Position numbers and translations under genes: made by a program
From: the human T2T-CHM13v2.0 reference genome, Homo sapiens
Strand: one strand, 5' to 3'
Assembly: GCF_009914755.1 (NCBI RefSeq)
Contig: NC_060926.1
DNA: 64,000 nt
The notes under the pieces: generated by a model
What the model saw: the letters and a program-made list of their open reading frames with translations, nothing else
Told to the model about the DNA's origin: nothing
The model's database searches: none
Shown: positions 14,059-26,525 of the stretch, one piece after another
How the letters are laid out: every line of letters starts with the position of its first letter
How positions within the stretch are numbered: the first letter of the stretch is position 1

Positions 14059-15439
14059 GAGTTCATTATTTTTATTCCTCTAGTGATAAGAGATGCTAAT
14101 ACAAATAGAAACCTAAAACCTAAGACAGAAAAGAAGCAAGTCAGGCCTCCTCATTGGAGAAAATCTACCAAAGGCCAGTGAACAGTGAGTCATCCTCTTC
14201 CAGTCTCTACAAGTGAGTCCCGAAATCAAATGAGGACTCAGAGGCAACCCAGATCACCCATAGCTCAGGGGCTTAGGCCGCTCAGAGGGCAAGAGCAGCT
14301 TCAAGCACAGACAACTCACCAACAGGCTCCAGTAGGATGAGAAACCAAATTGCCCCAGCAACTAGCACTTTTCTATAATGTACCTGAACAAATAGCATGC
14401 AGGGCCATCCTGGAGCTCCAAACTCTAGGCAGCAAGCACAATTTTAGCAAACCAAGGAGACCAAGTTTCAGCAAATCAACTCAAATTGGCTTAAGACAAA
14501 AAATGTATTAGCTCATATCACAAAAAAATCCACGGGTAAATCTTGCTTGAAACGTAGCTGGATTCGGGTGCTCAAAGGGTCTCACCAGGAACCCCGCTCC
14601 CTGCTCCTTCTCCCCCTGCCCCTCTCTTTTCCCCCTCTCTCTGTTTCTCTGTCTGTTTCTCCCTCAGTCTCTCCTTCTCAGCTTTGCTTTCCTCAGGGTT
14701 GATTTGCTTCTCAGTCAGTCTCTTTCCAAGTAGTGGCAAAACGACCAAGAACACCTTCAATTTTATATCTTACTAAATGGACACCATATTTCTTCACAGC
14801 AACAGCAAACAGCCTGAAGCTGGGTCTGATTGGCCAAGTTTGGGTCACATGTTCATCCCTCTACCAATCATCTTGGCCACTGTCCAGACTGGAATCAGGA
14901 GATGGGGTTTGCCCAGCTGAAGCCACGTGGACTGAGAGAGGGGGAAAGGGGAGTGGATGCTGTCAGGAAAAGAGGAAGAAATCCTAGGAAGGAAAAAACC
15001 ACAAATATCCATCACACCATGGCTGTAGGGCACCAGGCTAGAGCTAAATGCCTCAAATCTAGGACCTACAGACAGATACTGGACCTAGGCCTTTGAGACT
15101 CCTGCAGTTGCAAGGCAGGGGAAAGGAGAGAGAGGAGGCATCCCAGCTTGGGCACTGCCTGACCCTGACCTCTCAAGTCACTTCTCTTCTTTGCCTTTAA
15201 TGGCCTCAGCAGCAAATGGTGGTGTTGGAATAGATTTCTAAGGGTCCTCCTGGATCCAGAGAAATCGACGCTTGAGTATAGAGAGGTTTAAAATCTCCAA
15301 ATCCCAGATAAGAACAAAGCAAAATTCACCGCCAGAATAGAAACCAGAAATATGAATTATTTTTTACTTTGTTCTTCCAGCCGCAGAGGCTAGCAGATCA
15401 GCACCCTCAGGCAACCACCACATCACCTGGTCTTGAGGC

Positions 15440-16420
15440 CTCATCAAGGCGGCTTATGGGCAGACATTAGTGAGACTCATACGTATTTCTTTGTCACATG
15501 CTGACCTTAGCAAAGCACCCAGAGACATTTTCAACAAAGGATTTGACTTGGGGTCGGTAAAACTGGATGTGAAAACAAACTCATGCAGGAAAATGAAAGA
15601 AGCCTTAGGGAATAGAAATGGGGTGATATGGTATGACTTTCATAGAAAGTCAGGAACATTGATTACACTTAGGGAATATAAATTATTGAAGACCAGAACT
15701 GTCATGGTTTGAAACTGACATTTGATACTAACTCCCCAAAAAACACAGGAAAGAAAGGGGATCACATGAAGACTGTTTGCAAACAGGAGAGTATAAACTT
15801 GATGGAATATTGACTTTGATTTTGTCAGGTCTGCCATCCTTGGATCACTGTCTTTGGTTTTCAGAGCTGGCACGTTGACCAGATGACCACTGACAGTGCC
15901 ACATCAAAGCTGAGAAGGAATCAGTTTGCAGTGGGCAACGGCACACTGATACCAATAATGGGCAGCATTTAGAGGTTCAGTCTGTCAAAAGTATGTAAAG
16001 ACCTTGATACCCAGCTTGGACATCAGGCACTAAGCGATTCCAGGCTGCTACCGCAGCTAAATAGCCATTGATCCCACTGCTTCCTTTTCTGAAGAAGTCA
16101 ACAATTCCACTCTAATTGGAACAGACCCTACTCAGCCCCTGAACCCTGGTATGACATTCTCACTGGCTGATCTGGAGTTGGAGGCTGGGCATAGACCTTA
16201 TTAAATAAAGCAGGTTTGGCCTTATTATATTTCCAATTTCTTTTTTCTCAAGGGGATGATATAATCAAAGGATGATGAGTACAAGAATATTTAGACAATT
16301 ACTTGCCTGCTGGTTTCTACTTAAATTGATTATTCAGTTACAACACAGTCAACTACACAGTATTTAAATGTATTTATTTGTAAAATGCTGCCCACCAATA
16401 ATGAAATAGACCTTCACTAA
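15440..16420 (+). pseudogene. VDAC2P4: Processed VDAC2 pseudogene
   Basis: Translates as [46 protein letters not shown] versus VDAC2 [47 protein letters not shown]. Later blocks read IEDQNCHGLKLTFDT, DFDFVRSAILG, KVNNSTLIG and LELEA. Intronless, with frameshifts and deletions, followed by 3'UTR-like sequence. The pseudogene number is from memory of the locus. Confidence 0.85.
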
Positions 16421-16491
16421 AACGACTCTTCCTTGCTCTGACTCTGCCCAGACTTTCTAGGTCAGGGTTATATTATATATCTTGCATTATA

Positions 16492-18135
16492 GCAGTGGTT
16501 CTCAAACTATGGCTTCAGCACCTTTTTACATACTTAAAAATTGAGGACACTGAAGAGTTTTCGTTTATGTAGGCTAAATCTATGAATCTTTACCACATTA
16601 GAAATTAAAACTGAAAAATTTTTAAAACATGTTTATTAATTCACCTAAAAACAATAACCCTACTTAATCATAGCATAACTTTTTATGAAAAATAACCATA
16701 TTCTCCAAAGCCAAAAAAAAAAAAAGGAGAGAAGTGTGGTAGTGTCTTCCAGTTTTTCAAATCTCCTTAATATCTGACTTAGTTGAAGACTGCTGGATTC
16801 TCACATTTGCTTCTGCACTCAAGCTGTTGTGATATGTTGTTTTGGTTGAAGGATATGAAGATTATCTTGGCTCACATTGACATACAGTTGGAAAAGGGAG
16901 AACTATTATAATAGCACTCTCAGATAATTGTGGATATTCTCCTTTGATTCTATACCAAAACTTGACAAGTAGCAGTTTCTTAAAAGTTAGTTGCAATGCG
17001 GAATCTGAAACCACATTAATTCTTTCTATTCTGTTACTTTAAAACCCAGTGGTCTATCTTGCATTGTTAATTATTTTGGAACATCATGCATTGGTCACCT
17101 GAAAAATATTAGTTCTCTGAGCTCCAAATATTTTATAATAAAATAAAATATATTTCATTTAAATACATTTACAATAAAATATATTATAAAATAAAATATA
17201 TTTTATTTGATACTAACTCCCCAACAAACACAGGAAAGAAAAGGGATCAAATGAAGACTGTTTGCAAAAAGGAGAGTATAAACTTGATGGGATGTTGACT
17301 TTGATTTTGTCAGGCCTGCCATCCTTGGATCACTGTCTTTGGTTTTCAGAGCTGGAACACTGACCAGATGACTACTGACAGTGCCACATCAAAGCTGAGA
17401 AGGAATAAGTTTTCAGTGGGCAATATTACATAATGTTGTATATATAATTATAAATATTATATAATTTTTTTAAAGTTACATTCATTAATAGCACTATCGA
17501 TCACATGAAAAAAGTCTTTAAGTATCAGAAAGTTGTTGAGCCCATAGGGGATCATGCATGTTCTCCAAAATTCTAATTTTTGCTTGAAACCTCAAATGTT
17601 ATCATTGACAAAAAAAATTGACTGCATTCCTTAAAGTCAAACTTTGCTAATTTTCAAGAAACTATGTCAATTACACAAAACTAATAACCATAGTTTGTCC
17701 ACCAGACATTCTTTTAAGTAAAAATGTTATTTCATGAAAAAGGTGGCTAGCTCAGCTCATAACTCAATCGCACAAGTATTTTACTCAAGATATGCATCCT
17801 TCAATATGCAGCAGCAATTTTTTATGCAGACAGTCCCATTTTTCCACTGGAATATTTTCCAAATATTGCATAATATTTAAAATATATGTAATCAAGGGTT
17901 TAGATTTAATACAATTAATAATTTGTACTGCTTCATTAAGGACATTCTTAAGTGAAACTGGCTTTTTCTTTTAACTGCAAGTGCATAATGGTGAAAATAC
18001 AATCACTGCTGGTGCAGTTCAGTGGTGTTGGCTTGATTCCTTTTAATAAGGCCTCAGCAGTTTTACCCACCATTGCTTTTACACTATAAGAGTAAATGTC
18101 AGCACAGTGGAAAAAGCAAATCACGGTTTAGTGTT
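16492..18135 (-). mobile_element. Charlie1a-like hAT DNA transposon, interrupted
   Basis: Starts with TIR-like CAGTGGTTCTCAAACT; 'cagcagttttacccaccattgctttt...cagcacagtggaaaaagcaaat' near 18055-18120. Interrupted at about 17125-17465. Confidence 0.75.
17205..17423 (+). repeat. 219-bp direct copy of VDAC2-pseudogene segment 15720..15938
   Basis: Ungapped alignment by eye gives about 13 mismatches in 219 nt, at an offset of 1485 nt. Confidence 0.95.
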
Positions 18136-18605
18136 GTATGATTTTCTCCAGTTACCGCCAACTGCTCAGGTACTGAGTAGGCAAGCAGTTGGGTTTTAAC
18201 CAAGGCTGGGATTCTGCCAGGCAGATACAAGGACAGATTGGACTATGGAAGTCAAGAATGTTTAAAAGGGAGGCATATAGTATGCACTTAGGAATCTAAG
18301 TTGAGAAGGAAGGAGCTGAGAGTAATGGATAGTGAGAAAGTGGTATGCCCAATGGAAGGATGGGGGCAATGGTCCAAGCCGGAAGATTGCCATTGAGATG
18401 TTAGAGATGCGGTAGTTACTGATGATCTCATCTTGGGTTTGACCCTGTGACATCACCCTGTGGTGATACGAGTGACTGACAATAATAAGAACAGTAGCTA
18501 GCATTTATTCAGGCACTATGCTAAGTACTTTACAAGTGTTGTATCATTTCATCTGAATAAAATTTTAAAAAATTATTCTCTAAAATAAATTTTTTTAGAA
18601 AGTCA

Positions 18606-18983
18606 TTGACTTGGACTAGGCTCTTGTACTGGGCCCAACAGACCAAACCAATGTAGAAGTTGATCCCAGTAGCTGAGCTTTAGTTAATTGCAGGAGGCTC
18701 TGTAACCAATTAACCAGTTAAGCTATAACCAATTAAGTTGCCTTTATACCTCACTTTTTCTTTTCTTTTCTTTTTCCCTCTTCCTCCAGTCCTATACCTC
18801 ACTTTTCTATAAATGCTGACATATCATTCTGTTGGTGGGAGTCCTCTGAATCTGTTTGGTTCTGGGGGGTTGTGAATCCCCCCAGATTTGAGAATCGTTT
18901 TTTGTTTTCTTTTGCATAATTTTTCTTTGCTCAAATAAACTCTACTTGACATAATTGGTCTACAATATTTTTTCCTTTTTACA
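18606..18983 (+). mobile_element. ERV1-type solo LTR, subfamily unassigned
   Basis: 'gactaggctcttgtactgggcccaacagaccaaacca', TATAAA-like box near 18808, 'gctcaaataaactc' poly(A) signal, ends ...TTTTACA. Confidence 0.5.
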
Positions 18984-19504
18984 GCTCTTTATGTCAATTC
19001 TGTACTATCACGACCCACATTTTAATGATGAAAAGTGGGCTTTTCATCACTAAAAGTGAAGAAATGGTGAAGACCTCAGTACACAGATAAATAAGAACAT
19101 GTGGCTGTTTCTCCTAGCTCTTTTTCTGTCATTGGTCTGAGATGGGAAGAGGGAGAGAGAGAGAAGATTGTGGTTCAAGTGCCACAAACTCTCAAAATTA
19201 TGAGATTTAATAAATTCTCTTGAATAAATATTTCTTCATTTGTTGTATTCACCTCTGATTTCTCCTACAACAGTTGCTTTCTTTTGATGCATAGAAACAG
19301 AATTCTTCCCTGCTTGTGAATTCTTAGCTTTATTCCAGGCTGTTTCTTGGTCCACGGACATGTAACTCAGTGACATGAGCTGGGAAAAGTGGGACAGACT
19401 ATATTACATGTTAATTTGAAATTGAAAAAATTGAAAATCTTTTTCCTTAGACATGGGCAGATGCATTTTCTACATTGAGATATAAAGCATATATATATAT
19501 GTGC

Positions 19505-20102
19505 TTTTTTTTTGAAGACAGGGTCTTGCCCTGTCACCCAGGCTGGAGTGCAGTGGCACAGTCATGGCTCACTGCAGCCTTGATCTCCCACGCTCAGGCG
19601 ATCCTCTTGCCTCAGCCTTTTGAGTAGCTGGAACTACAGGTCCACATCACCACGCCACGCAAATTTTTTTTTTTTTTAATATGGAGTCTCACTCTGTCGC
19701 CCAGGCTGGAGTATGCAGTGGCGCAATCTTGGATCACTACAAGCTCCGCCTCCCCATTCTCCTGCCTCAGCCTTGCGAGTAGCTGGGACTACAGGCACCC
19801 GCCACCATGCCCAGCTAATTTTTTTGTATTTTTTTTTTAGTAGAGAAAGGGTTTCGCCATGTGTTAGCCAGGCGTCTCGATCTCCTGACCTCGTGATCTG
19901 CCCACCTTGGCCTCCCAAAGTGCTGGGATTACAGGTATGAGCCACCGTGCATGGCCCAGGCTAAATTTTTTAAAAAATTGTTTGTAGAGACAAGGTCTCA
20001 CTCTATTACCCAGGCTGGTCTCAAACTCCTGGGTCCAAGCAATCCTTCCGCTTCAGCCTCCCAAAGTGCTGGGATTACAGGTCTGAGCCGCCGTGCCTAG
20101 CC
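19505..20102 (-). mobile_element. AluJ split at its linker by a nested younger Alu
   Basis: Right arm at 19505-19660, left arm at 19957-20102. Confidence 0.85.
19664..19956 (-). mobile_element. AluY/AluSc-like, nested in the AluJ linker
   Basis: Young-Alu diagnostics 'caagctccgcctcc', 'ccattctcctgcc', 'tgtgttagccagg' and 'gacctcgtgatc'. Confidence 0.85.
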
Positions 20103-20300
20103 TAACGCACATGTTTTGAATAAGAACAGATTGTATTACTGAATCTTAAAAGTTGGCAAAATAATGGCTCAAGAGTTCACAGTTGTCATATCTTCTGTCT
20201 GAGATGATTGGGATACAAATCCCCTTTTAAAAAATGGTTTTTCAACATAATGCTTTATATGTTTCCTAATAATTTCATTCATTCCTTCATATATCAAAAC

Positions 20301-20584
<284 letters not shown>

Positions 20585-20633
20585 CAAAAGTTTTATATAT
20601 ATGGAGGATCTACTTAGTGACCAAGTGGTATCA

Positions 20634-20777
<144 letters not shown>

Positions 20778-21647
20778 TCACCAACGCATTTACTCCACTT
20801 ACCCTCATCCTACAGATATGCCTGCTTTGCATTAAATGGCACATGTTCAAAATCATTCACAGCAGTCTTGTTCATTAGAGAAAAATATTGTAAACAATAC
20901 ATTTGTTTATCTCTAGAGCAATAGTGAAGTGAACTTTACAGTGGAATAGCATACAGCTGTGAAGAAGAATGAGGAAGCTCTCTACAGACTGATAAGGAAA
21001 GATCTCCAAAATATACTGTTAAGTGAAAAAAAGCACAGTACAGAGTAGTTTATATAATGTGCTACCTTTGGTGTATGAAAAGGAGAAAATAAGAATATAC
21101 ATTCATATTTTCTTATACTTAAAGAAATACTGAAGGGATACATCAAAAACTTAAAAAAGTAGTTACCTATGGAAGACAAGGCTGTGTGGAATGAGGTAAA
21201 TGGGGTGGGAGAGGTACATTTTTCAATGTTCATCTTTTCATATCTGATTTTTTAACTAAATGAATGAATGAATGAATTTAAGTAACTTACTGGTCTAAGG
21301 TTGCATAATTAATTATAACAGTAGCAGCAAGAGTACAAACAGCAGTAGTGGCAGCAGCTACCCCATATTGAACACATGTTATGTGCCAGACATTGTCAGG
21401 TCTTTCTCATTGAGTCCTTACTATAACCCTATGAGGTAGGTGTCATTATTCTCCATTTATAGATGAAGAAACTGAAGCTCAGAAAGATTGAGTGACTTCC
21501 CTGTAGTCACTCAGCATGTAAGCAGAGGAGTTGGCATTCTAGCATAGTTCTCTCTGACTCTAAAGCCTGTGCTCTTGGCCACCAGGTTCAGTGCCTAGAA
21601 ACCACTTCGACTTCTAGCATAGGGCTCTTAATGTTACAACATACCAA

Positions 21648-21746
21648 GGTTGGTCACAGTGGCTCACTCCTGTAATCCCAGCACTTTGGGAGGCTAAGGT
21701 GGGAGAATTGCTTGAGCCCAGGAGTTCAAGATCAGCTGGGGCAACA
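21648..21746 (+). mobile_element. AluJ 5' part, host of the HERV9 insertion
   Basis: Left arm ends '...gatcagctggggcaaca' and resumes at 29928. TTACAACATA(C/G)CA repeats at 21634 and 30122 are the Alu TSD. Confidence 0.9.
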
Positions 21747-22780
21747 TCCAGAATTTTTTCCTTCCAGTGGTTCTTGGTCTCGCTGACTTCAAGAATGAAG
21801 CCACGGACCCTCGCAGTGAGCGTTACAGCTCCTAAACGCAGCACATCCGGAGTTGTTTGTTCCTCTTGGTGGGTTCGTGGTCTCACTGGCTTCAGGAGTG
21901 AAGCTGCACACCTTCGTGGTGAGTGTTACAGCTCATAAAGGCAGCACATCTGGAGTTGTTCATTACTCCTGGTGGGTTCCTGGTCTCGCTGGCTTCAGGA
22001 GTGAAGCTGCAGACCTTCGGGGTGAGTGTTACAGCTCATAAATGTGGTGCATCTGGAGGTGTTCATTCCTCCCAGTGGGTTCGTGGTCTTGCTGGCTTCA
22101 GGAGTGAAGCCACAGACCTTCGTGGTGAGTGTTACAGCTCATAAAGGTGGCGCGTCTGGAGTTGTTCTTTCCTCCTGGTGGGTTTGTGGTCTCGCTGGCT
22201 TCAGGAGGGAAGCTGTAGACCTTCCCAGTGAGTGTTACAGCTCATAAAGGTAGTGCAGACCCAAAGAATGAGCAGCAGCAAGATTTATTGTGAAGAGCAA
22301 AAGAACAAAGCTTCCACAGCGTGGAAGGGGATCCAAGTGGGTTGCTGCTGCTGGCTCAGGTGGCTAGTTTTTATTCCCTTATTTGGCCCCGCCCACATCC
22401 TGCTGATTGGTCCGTTTTACAGAGCACTGATTGGTCTGTTTTTACAGAGTGCTGATTGGTGCATTTACAAATCTTTAGCAAGGCACAGAGTGCTGATTGG
22501 TGCGTTTTTACAGATTGCTGATTGGTGCATTTACAAATCTTTCAGCTAGACACAGAGCACTGATTGGTGCATTTTTACAGAGTGCTGATTGGTGCATTTA
22601 CAAACCTTTAGCTAGACACAGAGCACTGACTGTTGCGTTTCTACAGAGTGCTAATTGGTGCATTTACAAACCTTTAGCTAGACACAGAGAGCTGATTGGT
22701 GTATTTACAATCCTTTAGCTAGATAGAAAAGTTCTCCAAGTCCCCACCCGACCCAGAAGCCCAGCTGGCTTCACCTCTCA
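21747..22780 (-). mobile_element. HERV9 3' LTR (LTR12 family), about 1034 bp
   Basis: Five ~103-bp U5 repeats and nine intact CCAAT boxes (ATTGG on +) in the U3 repeat array. Confidence 0.95.
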
Positions 22781-22932
22781 GTACCCCCTCTAAACAGGAC
22801 ACCCCAACAGCTGTTGGGAATTGGGCGATGACCACTCTAGCTACTTCCTGCTGAATAGGAGCAAAGAAGGGGCCCTGCAGTTGTAGTGTCCTCCAGAGGG
22901 GAACTCTTCAGGCCAGTGAAAGGGCCAGTGAG

Positions 22933-23604
22933 TCAGTCCAGGGGTCCTTGGTAGAAGTTGTTAGTTGAGCTCATTTGGAGTTCCATTTGTAAAATCATCT
23001 GTAGCTTGATGGCCTCAATCCTAGAGGAAACAAATTTGACAAGGAGGTTAAAAATACAGGGCGCGAAGGCGAGTAACAGCAAGATGGTTGCCACGGGACC
23101 TAGAAAGGGGAGAAGCCATGTTGCCCAACTCCAGAGGTTGGTATAAGAGTTTGAAAGGCGTTGTCTGATTTCAGAAGCCTTTTCCTGTAAATGCCAGGTG
23201 GCATCTTGTACTATCCCTGACTGATTAGTGTAAAAACAACACTCTTCCCCTAAGAAGGTGTAGAGTCTTCCTTTCTCAGCAGTGAGAAGGTCTAGGCCTT
23301 GGCAGTTTTGGAGAGTCACTGCTGCCAAAGAGTCTATTTGGGATTGTAGAGTAAGGATAGATTTCATTATTTCTTGCAAACTGTCTGAGAAATCCTTTGA
23401 GAGTGTGTGGTAGTAGGATAATGAAGTAGATAAATTGGCTATTCCAGTTCCTGTGGCAGTAGCCATTCCTAACCCTATAAGTAGGGGTATTAGTTGTATG
23501 TCTCTGTGCTGATGGACTTGAGCTTTGAGGGGTACTGATAGGGTCTGATTTCCACAAGACTGGAAGTTAGGATAATATATGTTTACACTGTTAACTTTTA
23601 GCAA
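22933..23604 (-). pseudogene. HERV9 env transmembrane-subunit remnant, open frame
   Basis: Fusion peptide IPLLIGLGMATATGTG, immunosuppressive-domain-like LQNCQGLDLLTAEKGRL, degenerate CX6CC (YTFLGEECC) and anchor WLLPFLGPVATILLLLAF. The ORF start is TTG; no SU. Confidence 0.9.
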
Positions 23605-24329
23605 ACTTTACTTTTGTTGAAAACCTTGTAAGTTTGGGATTTCAATTATTCTTTGCTATTAATAAGACCTCATTCAGTCTATATTAACTTAGAATTGGTA
23701 TAGATGGCTCCTTCCTGATTCTGTAAGTACGTTAAGGTTTGGCTCGCACATTTGAGCAGACCAATTATTGGGCAATTTTCCTAACTCTGCTTCTACAAGA
23801 GCTTCCTTATCATTTACTGAATACCCATTGTGTCTTTTTTCCTTAATCTCCCGGGAGGAACCATCTATCGTCCTGTCCTGAAGGGAGCTCCTCCTAGATC
23901 TGGTCAGATCTTTGTATGGTAATTAATTAAGACTTAGATCCTCTGTTAGGAAACCTGCTGGGTTAAGGATTTTTGATAGGAAGGCTAGGGGTTGTCAGTG
24001 GCCTCAGTGTTTTTGAGCTATGCCCTTGTTTACACTGACAACAAGGTGGTGTTGGAGTGTTATAGGGCTACATATAAGACCTTCAATTATCAATTATGGG
24101 TTTTAAATTTACCCTGGCTTTTAAAGGAATAGGGTACACTGTTTTTTCTTTACTACTTCTATCTCTCTCTTTCTCTCTGACTTCTTCTTTGTCTCTTCCT
24201 CTCTTTCCTTCTTCTCTTTGTCTCTGTTTCTTCCTCTCTCTCTCTTTCTCTGACTTCCTGTCTCTCTCTTTCCTTTCTGCTGCCTCTGCCAGCTGCTTAT
24301 GCTGCTGTTCTCCCCTCTCCTTCCCCTTT

Positions 24330-26520
24330 TGATGGCTTCAGCAGTGTAAGACTGCCACCTCCTTGAGTTTTTGCACTGTGTGCAGTAATTCCATGGTTTC
24401 TTTGTGATATTTAATGAGGGTTCCCCCAGAGGTTAGGAACTCCCTTTCTTTCCATATTGCAGCATGGGCACGTAGGATTAGATAAGCACACTTGCTATCT
24501 GTATACACACTTATTCTTTTTCCTTTTCCCAGTTCTAAGGCTCAGGTAAGTGCCACTAGTTCTACTAACTGGGTGCTGGTCCCTGGGGGAAGAGGCTTAC
24601 TTTCAAATACAGTTATATCACTAACTATGGCATAACCTGCCCTTCATATCCCATTCTCCACAAATGAACTTCCATCGGTTTATAGGTTAAGGTCAGAATT
24701 AGCTAAGGGGACTTCTAAGAGATCATCTCAGGTGGCATAAGTCTGAACTATAATTTGTTGGCAGACATGCTCGATTGGTTCCCCGTCCTCTGGGAGAAAA
24801 GTGGCAGGGTTGAGGGCCATGCAGGTACATATTTGAAGCACCAGTCCCTCAAAGAGTAGCACCTGGAATCTAAGTAGGTGGTTGTCTGATAGCCATAAAC
24901 TTCCTTTGGCACCTAGTGTGCCATTTACATCATGAGTAGTCCAGACAGTGAGATCCTTTCCTTGCATTATTTTGATAGCCTCTGACACTAAGACAGTCAC
25001 TGCCGCAAACTACCCTTAAACAGTGAGGCCAGCCTTTTGATACTACATCAATTTCCTTACTTAGGTATGCCACTGGTTGTGGGGTTGTCCCAAGAGTCTG
25101 AGTAAGGACTCCAAGAGCTATCCCTGCTCTCTCTGTGATGTATAAAGAGAAGTTTTGTCCTGTGAGAAAGCTTAAAGCTGGAGCTTGTACTAGGGCCTTC
25201 TTTAAGGTTTTGAAGGCTGTTTCTGCCCCTGGCTCCCATTCTACTAGATGATTATTTGCCCTCTGGTTCTCCTTGATTAGGGTATATAGGGGCCTGGCTT
25301 TCTCGCTGTATCTAGGGATCCATAGTCGGCAAAAGCCAGTGATTCCAAGGAACCCCTACAACTGTTTTAATGTCTTAGGGTGAGGATAAGCCAGTATAGG
25401 CTGTATTCATTCCTTGCTGAGGGCCCTGGTTCCTCTGGCTAAGATCAGGCCTAGATAGTTGACCTGCTGTAGGCAAAGCTGGGCTTTCGACCTAGGCGCC
25501 TTGTACTCTTGATTAGCTAGAAAGTTCAAGAGATCTAGAGTAGCCTGCTGGCACGAGGCTGCCGAACTGGTAGCCAAAAGTAAATCATCCACATATTGAA
25601 GGACCAGAGTGCCTGGACTTCAGAAGTGGCCTAGATCTTGGGCCAGGGCCTGACCAAACAGGTGAGGGCTATCCCTAAGCCCTTGGGGCAAGACTGTCCA
25701 CGTAAGTTGGGACATGTGGTCTGTGGGATCCTCAAAGACAAAGAGAAACTGGGAGTCAGAGTGCAGGTGAATACAGAAGAAGACATCCCTGAGGTCCAGA
25801 ACAGTGAACCATTTTGCCTCCTCTGCTATTTGAGAGAGCAGAGTACAGGGGTTGGGTAAACTGGATATAGAGGAATTACTGCCTCATTGATGAGTCTAAG
25901 ATCTTGCACTAGTCTCCACTGACAGTTTGGTTTCTGTACTCCTAGAATTGGGGTGTTGCAGGAACTGCTGCATTTCCTTACTAAGCCTTGTTAAATGTTT
26001 AACAATATCCTGTAATCCTTTATGAGCTCCAGGCCTTAAGGGATATTGCCTTTGATTAGGAAAAGTGGTGAGATCCTTTAGCCTGATTTCGACTGGGCAG
26101 GCATTTTTTGCCCTTCCAAATTGTCCTTCCAATGCCCAGACTTCAGCATTGATTCCCTCCTCAAGTAGGGGACAACAAATGGGTAACTTGTTCCCCATAT
26201 TCACATAGATAATATCTCCAGCTTTGGCTAATATATCCCTCCCTAATAAAGGTGTGGGACTTTCAGGCATAACAAGAAAGGCAGGTGAAAAGAGCAAAGT
26301 CTCCTAATTACAACTAAGGAGGTGGGAGAAATACCTGGTTACAGGCTGTCCCAGGATTCCTCAGATGGTAATGGACCTTGAGGACAGCTGTCCAGGACAG
26401 GAGATTAACACTGAGAAAGCCATGCCAGTGTCCAGGAGAAAGTCAATTTCCTGGCCCTCAATAGTTATACATACCCAGGGCTCAGTGAGAGTGATGACAT
26501 GAGCTGGCACTTGCCCTGGG
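24330..26520 (-). pseudogene. HERV9 pro-pol remnant (PR, RT, RNase H), multiple stops and frameshifts
   Basis: Fragments FLVMPESPTPLLGRDIL, YVDDLLLA, AQLCLQQVNYLG and an RNase H-like C-terminus AVLHC*SHQKG. Confidence 0.9.
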
Positions 26521-26525
26521 TTCCC

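Noticed and set aside
21800-22720. Regularly spaced direct repeats, superficially like a CRISPR array
   Set aside because: They are LTR12 U5 (~103 bp) and U3 (~66 bp) tandem units; the intervening sequence is repeated, not unique spacers.
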